64,000 nt of DNA from the IMG/VR virus record IMGVR_UViG_3300044617_001156; one strand, 5' to 3'. This DNA is from a virus. The notes beneath the pieces are model-generated. The model saw only the letters and a list, made by a program, of their open reading frames with translations. It had not been told where the DNA came from and made no database searches. The position numbers and the translations under genes are program-made. Positions 50,286 to 58,516 of this stretch are shown here, piece by piece. Every line of letters begins with the position of its first letter. Position 1 is the first letter of the stretch.

Positions 50286-51032
50286 ATGTTCAAAACTGAC
50301 GGTTCCGTTCATCATGGCGGAGTAAAAAATGAAAATCAAACTATTCAGATTCTCAATGAATTGAAAATCTATTCCAACATTGTTGAAAAACGTGGCGGAA
50401 CTACTCAAAAGGCAGATGCTGTCGCTGGTGATAAGAAAATCAGCATCAAACGGAAAGAAGGTATCGCAAATGGATCATTTGACTGGTTTAACACAAGCAA
50501 GTATAATGATGTCTTAGGTAACACTTTCGATACCTTTCTTTCAAACATGAAAGAGATGCGTTCCATGCCCAAAGATCTCATCAAAGATGATGAGTTCATC
50601 TTGAAAGTGCGGGACAATTTCAATCAACTGTGTGAGTTGTCTTTGGACACTCTGAGTAGCGACCAAATTATTGATATTTTACGTCGCGGTCTGATTGATG
50701 CAAATGATGATTTTGATGTTGTAATTACCGACACTAAAACCAATACTCTGTATGTTTTTGGTGCTGATCAACATCCTGCTGTTGGTTATATCAATCAAGG
50801 ATTTACTGCTGTTCTTCAAGGTAAGGGAAAATCATCCCGAAAAGTGTTGTTTTCTGATGGCATAAATCTTTATGACTGCGGTCTGCGTATTCGTGTTACC
50901 AGTAACAATGGTATCAATGCTTTTCTTGGTTTAAGTAAAGCAAACAAGAACTCTCAGGTTGTAATCAAACTCCAACAAGATAACGTCAAACAACTACTCA
51001 TCTCCACCGAAGCGAAGAACTATGACTATTGA
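50286..51032 (+). CDS. Putative PD-(D/E)xK restriction-type endonuclease
   Basis: G..NE, KAD and ISIK pattern; overlaps a methyltransferase gene. Confidence 0.55.
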   Translation: MFKTDGSVHHGGVKNENQTIQILNELKIYSNIVEKRGGTTQKADAVAGDKKISIKRKEGIANGSFDWFNTSKYNDVLGNTFDTFLSNMKEMRSMPKDLIKDDEFILKVRDNFNQLCELSLDTLSSDQIIDILRRGLIDANDDFDVVITDTKTNTLYVFGADQHPAVGYINQGFTAVLQGKGKSSRKVLFSDGINLYDCGLRIRVTSNNGINAFLGLSKANKNSQVVIKLQQDNVKQLLISTEAKNYDY

Positions 51033-51984
51033 AATCCTACAGCAATCCGCAGAGAAAATGACTGAAATTCAACAGTCATTCGATCTTATCTACATGGATC
51101 CTCCGTTTGGATTGCAAAGGGATTTTAAGATGTTAGAGCAAGATGGTGAAGAAAAAGGATTCTCTGATAACTGGGAGTCCTTTGATGATTATATTTTATG
51201 GTATGCAGATATCATAAACAAGGCATGGGACAAATTGAATAAGGATGGGTGGATTTATCTGCACAACAACTTCATTGGTAACGCACTTGTTTTATCTCAT
51301 GTAGATCGAAAAGTGCGTGATGCCTTTTATACAAACATTTCATGGAAACGTTCTGGTCCAAAGAATAACATCAAGAACGGATGGGGTAACATTGTAGATT
51401 CAATTATGGTTCTCCGTAAGGGTAATCCATACTTTGAAGTTGAATATACAGACCTTGACTCAAAGTATGAGAAGAATAGCTTTAAGAACCAAGATGAAAA
51501 GGGATTCTATGCTCTCGCCAAAACTACAGGAGAAAAGAGTCGCCCTGGACGAATCTTTGACTATAAAGGTTACAAACCAGAGTATGGGTGGCGAGTAAGT
51601 GAAGACATGCTCAAAGAGATGGATGAGCATAACTTACTGCACTTTGGTAAGAATACAATCTACAAAAAGATTTACCTAGAAGATAGCAAAGGCGTCCCAG
51701 TTCAAAATCTATGGGATGATGTGTATTTCATCTCTCGCAGTGAATCGAACAAGCGTAAGTATCCAACACAAAAACCACTCAAACTATTGGAGAGGATTAT
51801 TAAGTCATCTTGCCCTGAAAATGGATGGGTTTTTGATCCTTTTGCTGGGTCTGGAACTACAGCAATCGCATCGCAACTTCTTGGAAGAAACTGTATCACA
51901 TGCGACATCAATCCACAGTCAATACAATTAGTGACTGAAGCAATCAAAGAAACAGAAAATCCTCTCATTTCTGCAATGAATTGA
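51022..51984 (+). CDS. Amino (N6-A/N4-C) DNA methyltransferase, beta class
   Basis: DLIYMDPPF near the N-terminus; YPTQKP..LL.RII; DPFAGSGTT near the C-terminus. Confidence 0.9.
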   Translation: MTIEILQQSAEKMTEIQQSFDLIYMDPPFGLQRDFKMLEQDGEEKGFSDNWESFDDYILWYADIINKAWDKLNKDGWIYLHNNFIGNALVLSHVDRKVRDAFYTNISWKRSGPKNNIKNGWGNIVDSIMVLRKGNPYFEVEYTDLDSKYEKNSFKNQDEKGFYALAKTTGEKSRPGRIFDYKGYKPEYGWRVSEDMLKEMDEHNLLHFGKNTIYKKIYLEDSKGVPVQNLWDDVYFISRSESNKRKYPTQKPLKLLERIIKSSCPENGWVFDPFAGSGTTAIASQLLGRNCITCDINPQSIQLVTEAIKETENPLISAMN

Positions 51985-51986
51985 AC

Positions 51987-52014
51987 TGGGCCCCTGAAAG
52001 TGTACCAGTAGTGT
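51987..52014 (+). promoter_or_regulatory. 28-bp GGGCCC element, copy 6
   Basis: TGGGCCCCTGAAAGTGTACCAGTAGTGT. Confidence 0.85.
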
Positions 52015-52030
52015 AGTTCACACGGTCCGC

Positions 52031-52276
52031 ATGACCCGCACCCGTAAGCAAACCGCAAATGTTGCTGCTGAAGTGAAAGTGCCTGAGGTTCTCATCACTC
52101 GTCAGCAATACATTCAAGACATTAAGGTTCGCTGGGAAATCCATCAGTATGAAGTCAACAAACTTCGTGAAGATGTAACCAAGTTCAGTCAAACTGTTTC
52201 TCCTTATGTGAAGCAAATGATTGACTACACGACCGAAAAGTATCAACAACTGTTCGCTCGTCGTCTGACTGCTTGA
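52031..52276 (+). CDS. Hypothetical protein
   Basis: Lies between element copy 6 and a terminator. Confidence 0.65.
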   Translation: MTRTRKQTANVAAEVKVPEVLITRQQYIQDIKVRWEIHQYEVNKLREDVTKFSQTVSPYVKQMIDYTTEKYQQLFARRLTA

Positions 52277-52285
52277 TGATACACC

Positions 52286-52312
52286 AAGGCACCATCACTA
52301 GGTGCCTTTTTT
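52286..52312 (+). terminator. Rho-independent terminator
   Basis: AAGGCACC/GGTGCCTT stem followed by a T run. Confidence 0.8.
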
Positions 52313-52326
52313 ATTGAAAATGTTAG

Positions 52327-52354
52327 TGGGCCCTGTAAAGTGTCCTAGTATTAT
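52327..52354 (+). promoter_or_regulatory. 28-bp GGGCCC element, copy 7
   Basis: TGGGCCCTGTAAAGTGTCCTAGTATTAT; ATG at element position 27. Confidence 0.85.
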
Positions 52355-53249
52355 GAAGAACACCCATCTCAATCATCCCGAAGATCAGATTCTTACAGGT
52401 GATCTATCTGTGCTGGATTGGATGTATGAATCTGATAGTTTCATCTCCACAAAAATTGATGGTGCTCCGGCTGTAGTGTTTGGAACTGACCCTGAGACTG
52501 GTAAGTTCTTCTGTGGGACAAAATCAGTTTTTAACAAGAAGAAAATCAAGGTAAATTACAGCATTGAAGACATTCTCCGTAATCACGGTAACACTCCTCG
52601 CGTTGCAGAGATTCTTATTGCCTGCTTCAACAATTTCCCCAGGATTGATAACATCATTCAAGGTGATTTCATCGGATACGGTGGAAACAGCACTTATCGC
52701 CCCAACACTATCACCTATCACTTTCCTAGTGTAGTCAAAGAAGCAATCATCTTTGCTCCTCATACGACCTATTCTGGTACAAATCTTCGTGAATGTGTTG
52801 CATCCTTTGGTGCATCAGTTCCTGAGTGTGAGAATGTGAAATGGGTGCAACCTGATGCATCTATCTGTCCTTATCGTGAGGATATTGAAGATGTGTGTAA
52901 GTTTGCAAAGCAAATGAGCACACTGTGTGAGTTCGTGAATGATAAGCAAGCAACAGAACTCAAGAAAATCATCAATTCTTACATCCGTGAGGGTAAGGAG
53001 GTTGACGAACATGAAATTGCAGAAAATTATGATGTTGATATCAACCTGCTGCGACTTCACAAACTCGTTGCATCAATCAAGACCGATTTGTTCTTCTTCA
53101 TCTCTGATGACGATAGCATCTCCTGTGAGATTGATGGTAAAGAGTCTGCGCATGAAGGGTATGTAATGACGAATCGTTTTGGAACATACAAGATTGTTGA
53201 CCGCACTCAATTCAGCCGTGCTAACTTTACACTTCAAAAGAACTGGTAA
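52353..53249 (+). CDS. Ligase/nucleotidyltransferase-like protein (DUF6267-like)
   Basis: NTHLNHPED, TKIDG (KxDG), QGDF, EGYV and KIVDR..FS motifs; start reassigned to 52353. Confidence 0.65.
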   Translation: MKNTHLNHPEDQILTGDLSVLDWMYESDSFISTKIDGAPAVVFGTDPETGKFFCGTKSVFNKKKIKVNYSIEDILRNHGNTPRVAEILIACFNNFPRIDNIIQGDFIGYGGNSTYRPNTITYHFPSVVKEAIIFAPHTTYSGTNLRECVASFGASVPECENVKWVQPDASICPYREDIEDVCKFAKQMSTLCEFVNDKQATELKKIINSYIREGKEVDEHEIAENYDVDINLLRLHKLVASIKTDLFFFISDDDSISCEIDGKESAHEGYVMTNRFGTYKIVDRTQFSRANFTLQKNW

Positions 53250-53256
53250 TGATTAG

Positions 53257-53284
53257 TGGGCCCTTGGAAGTGTCCTAGTAGTAT
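53257..53284 (+). promoter_or_regulatory. 28-bp GGGCCC element, copy 8
   Basis: TGGGCCCTTGGAAGTGTCCTAGTAGTAT; ATG at 53283 (position 27). Confidence 0.85.
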
Positions 53285-53443
53285 GAGAACCACACACCGA
53301 TTCCAAAGTTTCAAAGAAGCACTCAACTTTCTGATGAGTGAGTTTCAAATGAGCAATCAGCAAGCAACTCACTTCATCTGGGACAATCAGTTCACTATGG
53401 GAACTGACCGTGCTATTTGGATTACTGAACCTACCAACTGATT

Positions 53444-53797
53444 ATGACTACTACCATCACTGAATACGCTGCACAGAAAGATGCACAAAACACAATCTAT
53501 CTTAACATTGTTAAGTATGGTCTGATGCTATGTGATGCTCTCGGTCACGATGCGCCTGATAATTACTTCTATGAACTGGATAGTTCTGGTCGTAAGTATC
53601 ACAGAATCTGGATGTATATTGGAGACCGTCGTGATAGTATTCATGCTTTCATTGATAAGCAAACTGGTTCAGTATTGAAACCTGCAAGTGTAAAAGCGCC
53701 AGCTAAGGGTGAGAGGTACAACCTCCTCTCTATTCCTTCCCGTGAGAAGTGTTTTGAAAGTGCTGATGCTTTTGGTGGTTATCTGTACGCACGATGA
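53444..53797 (+). CDS. Conserved phage hypothetical protein
   Basis: GRKY.RI, HAFID..TG.V.KPAS.KAPAKG.RYN motifs. Confidence 0.7.
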   Translation: MTTTITEYAAQKDAQNTIYLNIVKYGLMLCDALGHDAPDNYFYELDSSGRKYHRIWMYIGDRRDSIHAFIDKQTGSVLKPASVKAPAKGERYNLLSIPSREKCFESADAFGGYLYAR

Positions 53798-54057
53798 CTT
53801 ACTCTAACCTTTCAAAGATTCGTCCGAAACTGAGAACATCAGGTAATGTAACAGGTAACTTCGGCCGCCCAAAATCAAAAGCAGGTTCATCACTGAATGA
53901 GATTGGAATGAGTACTAAAGAAAGCATTAAATGTGCTACACAGGATGAGTATCTGAATCGTCTTTATTCTGCATTTGATAATACTGATGATGCAAAGTTA
54001 AAAAAGTTTCTGTATCAAGAGATTCGTAAGATTCTTATCACACAAGGAAAGTGGTGA
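53794..54057 (+). CDS. Hypothetical basic protein
   Basis: ATGA overlap with the upstream ORF. Confidence 0.6.
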   Translation: MTYSNLSKIRPKLRTSGNVTGNFGRPKSKAGSSLNEIGMSTKESIKCATQDEYLNRLYSAFDNTDDAKLKKFLYQEIRKILITQGKW

Positions 54058-54064
54058 GAAATAG

Positions 54065-54092
54065 TGGGCCCTTGAAAGTGTCCTAGTAGTAT
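54065..54092 (+). promoter_or_regulatory. 28-bp GGGCCC element, copy 9
   Basis: TGGGCCCTTGAAAGTGTCCTAGTAGTAT; ATG at 54091 (position 27). Confidence 0.85.
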
Positions 54093-54339
54093 GAACAACA
54101 CTACCGACCGCAAGTTTCACAACATTTCCCTTGAAGATCGTGAAATGTTTGCTTACAACAACTATCAAGAGCGTAAGAAACAGCAACTCGCTGCAGTTGC
54201 ACCTGAACTGCGTATCAAATACTGCTTCGAGTTTCTGAAAGGTTACGTCGCTGAAGGTGATACTGAGATGGCAAAGCGTTGCTATGATGGTATTGCTAAG
54301 TACAGCGAAGTTCTTGACTATTCCGAAGCACACTTCTGA
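54091..54339 (+). CDS. Hypothetical protein
   Basis: Starts within element copy 9. Confidence 0.65.
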   Translation: MNNTTDRKFHNISLEDREMFAYNNYQERKKQQLAAVAPELRIKYCFEFLKGYVAEGDTEMAKRCYDGIAKYSEVLDYSEAHF

Positions 54340-54585
54340 TTCACAATGACTGGTGGCATTATCTTCCTGATCGCTTATGCAATGGGCGCAGGACATGTTT
54401 TTCTGATTCGTTATCTCTCACGTAAAGGTATTATTTGATTATGAAATACGAAGTCACTTTATACGTTTCTGGACGTAACTTCAAGGACATTGTAATTGCT
54501 AATTCACCAACAGATGCAAGAGTTACAGCTGAAGCACGCAATCCTACAGCACGTGTTGTAGCAGTCAACGGAACGTTTAAGTAAC

Positions 54586-54613
54586 TGGGCCCCCGAAACT
54601 GTACCAGTAGTAA
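54586..54613 (+). promoter_or_regulatory. 28-bp GGGCCC element, copy 10
   Basis: TGGGCCCCCGAAACTGTACCAGTAGTAA. Confidence 0.8.
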
Positions 54614-54629
54614 CACCACACATCAAACC

Positions 54630-54827
54630 ATGAACTACTACAAAATCACTGAAATTGACTTTGACTTTGGCGGTGAAGATATCACTCAAGAAGAGATTGA
54701 TACTATCGTCACTGAAACAAAAGGTTGTCTCTGGACTTCACCAACTGAAGAAGATCTAGCAGACATCATCTCAAACAACACTGGTTGGTGCATTAACTCT
54801 CTGTCCTATGATGTGATTGCTGCCTGA
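54630..54827 (+). CDS. Hypothetical acidic protein
   Basis: IDFDF..E..L.D.IS..TGWCI pattern. Confidence 0.65.
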   Translation: MNYYKITEIDFDFGGEDITQEEIDTIVTETKGCLWTSPTEEDLADIISNNTGWCINSLSYDVIAA

Positions 54828-54970
54828 TGATTGAAACTGATTTCTTTATTCTCACTCATGATCAATACCATCAATTCAATTCTGAAGCATCAGAACTTGG
54901 TTTAAGTATTGATTATTATCTCAGTGAGTTTATGGACATTGATGGACCATGGGTCATCACTGATTAAAAC

Positions 54971-54998
54971 TGGGCCCCTGAAACTGTACCAGTAGTAT
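54971..54998 (+). promoter_or_regulatory. 28-bp GGGCCC element, copy 11
   Basis: TGGGCCCCTGAAACTGTACCAGTAGTAT. Confidence 0.85.
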
Positions 54999-55020
54999 AA
55001 CCACTCACCACTGAAACCAA

Positions 55021-55338
55021 ATGACCCGCCTGATTGAACGCCAAATGAATGAAGCAATCCTGAAAGAAAAGGATTGGAAAAAGGATAACACTGAAGTTAT
55101 CAACTACAGCAACTGTTCTGATGTGTTTCTGTATGGTAATCTGATTGCTCGCATTGGCGAAACCTGGTTAGAGTTGTTCGATGGAGGTTATCAATCAGTA
55201 ACTACAAAGTCTCGGCTAAATGCTATTCTCGCTGCTCATGGTGCAGACAATGAGTATGTGTTTCAGAAGAAAGGTCAGTGGTTTGTTAACTACGAAGGCG
55301 GACCAATCCCCTTCTTCTCCGGTATGCGCCTGAACTGA
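55021..55338 (+). CDS. Conserved phage hypothetical protein
   Basis: LYGNLIA, TTKSRLNAIL and VFQK...WF motifs. Confidence 0.7.
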   Translation: MTRLIERQMNEAILKEKDWKKDNTEVINYSNCSDVFLYGNLIARIGETWLELFDGGYQSVTTKSRLNAILAAHGADNEYVFQKKGQWFVNYEGGPIPFFSGMRLN

Positions 55339-55976
55339 ATGTTGTTTAATCTAGTTCTGTTCTCATCCATCATTGTTCGCTATCACTTTCACCACTGATG
55401 ATTGAACTCCTCATTGCATCAACATTCGCTACCGCTCTGTCTTCGACTATCATCGGACAATCACTCATTGGACCTAATCTTCTTCGGACTGATTATCTCA
55501 CTGACCAAAATCAAATCATCACGATTCAAGAGACAATCACAGAACTCCCAGAAGACCAACCGTGTAACCTATGACTAAGTTTCTCATTGGAACAATCACA
55601 GGTATTATACTCTCAACAGTAGGATTCCAAGGGTTAGCAAACCTAGGTAATCGTACTATCACAACCATCGAATCATTCGCTCAATCACAACAATGAACAA
55701 CGATCAAAAGGATTCAATGCTTGCAAACATCCTAGAGCAAGTACAACAACAAATCGTTAATCTAGTAGAGAACGATCTAATCGAAGAGTCTTACTCTCTA
55801 TACAAAGAATGGGAAGAACATTTCAACAATAATATCACTGAACTAGAAATCATTACTATCAATGATCTGACTGCTATTTGATAGTAACAAGAGGAAGGGA
55901 GTTTGCCTCATCTAAGTAAACAAAGTGACTTCTGTAAAGTAGAGATAATTCCTATTCATTTGGTGATGTGGATTAT

Positions 55977-56007
55977 AGAGAGGGGAGTGGTGTCCTCTCT
56001 CTTTTTT
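55977..56007 (+). terminator. Rho-independent terminator
   Basis: AGAGAGGGGA/TCCTCTCTCT stem followed by a T run. Confidence 0.75.
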
Positions 56008-56082
56008 ATTGTCTAAAAACCTTGTTTTAATGCTTAAATGTTAGGAAATCAATAAAAAAAGGCTATTTTAAATATATCTGAG

Positions 56083-56125
56083 TTTTCAACAGCCTTGTGG
56101 AAAAGTGTGTGGAATATGTGGAAAA
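56083..56125. promoter_or_regulatory. Cluster of four DnaA-box-like 9-mers next to an AT-rich tract
   Basis: TTTTCAACA at 56083, TGTGGAAAA at 56096, TGTGGAATA at 56108, TGTGGAAAA at 56117. Confidence 0.65.
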
Positions 56126-56377
56126 ATACCCTTATGAAGTCTTATAATACCCTTTAAAGCCTCATAGACCTTGTGATCTTACGTTGCGTCAGCCTAACAC
56201 ATAAGTTCTCACACGTCAACCCCCACTTTCCCGGAATATCATAAAATCCCCACACAACTCCCAGAATACTCTGAGACCCCTCTAAAATCGCCTGTAAGGA
56301 CACTAAATACCAACACTTGACGTATGTCTCATTATCCCTTATAATTGCCTCATACAACACATTCAAGGAGAACACTT

Positions 56378-56551
56378 ATGTCGGTTGCCTACAGTCAAGC
56401 ACAGAAGCAGCGTTATCGTATTACCCTTGACATTTCAGCATATCCTGATTTCGATCCACACAACATCAACTGGAATAAGTTATTTGAACTCGAAGGATCT
56501 GAGAACTGTGAGGCATATGTAGAAGACCTAAGTCGTCCTGATAAGTGGTGA
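56378..56551 (+). CDS. Hypothetical protein
   Basis: Promoter TTGACG-17-TATAAT at 56317-56345; AAGGAG RBS; ATG at 56378; terminator at 56581-56604. Confidence 0.7.
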   Translation: MSVAYSQAQKQRYRITLDISAYPDFDPHNINWNKLFELEGSENCEAYVEDLSRPDKW

Positions 56552-56610
56552 TATAAGAGCATACAATAAGACTCCTTAAGAGACTCCTATAAGGGGTCTT
56601 TTTTAATGGC

Positions 56611-56639
56611 TTGACATACCTTACAGATCCTTGTATAAT
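56611..56639 (+). promoter_or_regulatory. Consensus sigma70 promoter
   Basis: TTGACA-17-TATAAT. Confidence 0.85.
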
Positions 56640-56723
56640 ATCTTTGTGGAGATTGATAAGTGCATTAAGAGCTTATACAATGAGCCTACCGAAGGTAATC
56701 ACGAACGTAGTGAGTGATTGAAT

Positions 56724-56751
56724 TGGGCCCCGTAAAGTGTACCGGTAGTAT
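56724..56751 (+). promoter_or_regulatory. 28-bp GGGCCC element, copy 12
   Basis: TGGGCCCCGTAAAGTGTACCGGTAGTAT; ATG at 56750 (position 27). Confidence 0.85.
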
Positions 56752-57019
56752 GACCACCACACTCACACCAATGACTAACACTCTCCAAGCAAAAGTACAG
56801 GACACCACCTATAACGGTTGGACTAACTTCCAGACTTTCAATGTTGCACTCTGGATCAACAATGATGAGGGTCTATATGATATCGCCCGTGAGACAGGTT
56901 CCTATCAGGACTTCGTTGCATATATCAGTGAGTTCATGTTGCAAACTCCTGATGGTGTAAGGTTCAATGACCCCGCTGTGAATGTGATCGAACTGAATAG
57001 CGAAGTGTTCGATTTCTGA
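56750..57019 (+). CDS. Conserved phage hypothetical protein
   Basis: YNGWTN..T.NVALWINND and TPDGV motifs. Confidence 0.7.
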   Translation: MTTTLTPMTNTLQAKVQDTTYNGWTNFQTFNVALWINNDEGLYDIARETGSYQDFVAYISEFMLQTPDGVRFNDPAVNVIELNSEVFDF

Positions 57020-57026
57020 TGATTAG

Positions 57027-57054
57027 TGGGCCACGTAAAGTGTCCTAGTAATGT
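57027..57054 (+). promoter_or_regulatory. 28-bp GGGCCC element, copy 13
   Basis: TGGGCCACGTAAAGTGTCCTAGTAATGT. Confidence 0.85.
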
Positions 57055-57341
57055 AAGCACCCAGTTCACTCCTAACTCACTCTTACTCATGTTCAAAAAC
57101 GTCATCAATCAGGTCCGCACTTTTGGTTACACGATGAAGAATCCGATGCCCCGCAAAATCTTCTTCCTGTACCACTTTGCTCCCAAGCGTTATACTGAGT
57201 TCAAAGACCTGATGAATACTCTGCACGCGGATTATCGCCAAGGTCTTATCACTGAGGAGCAGATTGATAGTGCACTCCTTGCCTTCTGATTGTAGTCCTT
57301 AAGTCACACTCACTCATTCACCACTAATCAACACTCTCGTC

Positions 57342-57587
57342 ATGAAAACCTCCACTAAGTATACCCTCAAACTCAACGATGAAGAGATGACTATGCTCCG
57401 TGATCTTGTGCGGATCGGTATGCGCTCGAAGTATTATCAGGAGTTTGTGAGTAAAGAATGTGACGACATCGATGAGGAAGATAATCAACTGAATGTGACG
57501 CTTGCTGTTACTCAATTCGTCAATCTTTGCCCACTCAGTCAAACCGAAAAAATGATGGATAAGTACATCTTCGAAGGCGTACAGTAA
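57342..57587 (+). CDS. Hypothetical protein
   Basis: Coherent plus-strand ORF in the early array. Confidence 0.6.
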   Translation: MKTSTKYTLKLNDEEMTMLRDLVRIGMRSKYYQEFVSKECDDIDEEDNQLNVTLAVTQFVNLCPLSQTEKMMDKYIFEGVQ

Positions 57588-57826
57588 GGTACACAAAGAG
57601 GAATAAGATGCGCCTCTATAAAGACACTCACCGTTCACACACTCACTAACAACGAACAACACAAATGTCTAAGACCGCAATGCTTTCTCTGCTGGCTCAA
57701 GGTAACAACGGCACTGAGATTCTTTCGATTCTGGATACACTCGTCACTGATGCGATTGCAGAGGAAGGTGATAATGAAGGGACACTGAATGTGATTGATT
57801 TCTGATACTAACTGGGTGCCCCTTGG

Positions 57827-57855
57827 TTGACACTGGGGGGCACTTATGTTAGACT
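57827..57855 (+). promoter_or_regulatory. Sigma70 promoter inside a hairpin, reading into non-coding DNA
   Basis: TTGACA-17-TAGACT with extended TG; GTGCCCC/GGGGCAC stem at 57816-57843. Confidence 0.65.
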
Positions 57856-58267
57856 TGGTGATATCAGTGAAACGGCAGTGATTGCCCGTGGTTTCTTATA
57901 GCGTAGCGGGGGCGTAGCGCGTTTAAGGCGCCCCCCGTTCCAAAAAAGGCAAACTACCCTAACCTACAGAGGTGACAATTCGACCTCTAAATATCAGACC
58001 CATAAAATTTTTCCGGAGTATTAAAAGATGGCAAAATGGATTCATAAGGGTGGATATTCCCGCCCAGACAAACGCACAGTAAAGAAAGGTGGTAAGAAGA
58101 AGTAGACCTTATTGGAACTTCTGGAAGGTTGTCTTTGCGGGGTGGTTGATACGATACCCACGGCAGTGTTTTACGATAATCGGAGTTCCCCTTGGATTTT
58201 TAATTGTTCTGATATATAATGCGGTAACAAAATAAGAGTTACTGAAAAAAATTCCGGAAAATTTTTT

Positions 58268-58462
58268 ATGACTGAAAAGGTTTATCACATATACGCAAAC
58301 GGCAAATGCATCTATCACAGTTTATCAGAGGAAAAATTCGCTGAAACCTGGGAGATGTTGCATCGTATGGTTGAGTTAATTGATGTAAAACTTTCAAAAG
58401 AAGATTTATCTTATGAGGAATTAGCAACAAACAAAGAGGTAGTTCTGAACTCATCTCATTGA
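58268..58462 (+). CDS. Hypothetical protein
   Basis: Coherent ORF; weak resemblance to the unlisted ORF 59284-59442. Confidence 0.65.
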   Translation: MTEKVYHIYANGKCIYHSLSEEKFAETWEMLHRMVELIDVKLSKEDLSYEELATNKEVVLNSSH

Positions 58463-58516
58463 TATTGACAAGGCATATATAGACTGATAAAATTGATCTG
58501 AAGGTTATTTTCACTT

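Noticed and set aside
35208-57054. 28-bp repeats as a CRISPR array
   Set aside because: The intervals are 0.3-8.8 kb and contain whole genes, the repeats are degenerate, and no cas genes are present.
35208-57054. 28-bp element as a sigma54 (-24/-12) promoter or an Xer dif site
   Set aside because: GG falls at -25/-24 but the -12 TTGC is absent and cyanobacteria lack sigma54. There is no TTATGTTAAAT-like XerD arm and no recombinase in the window.
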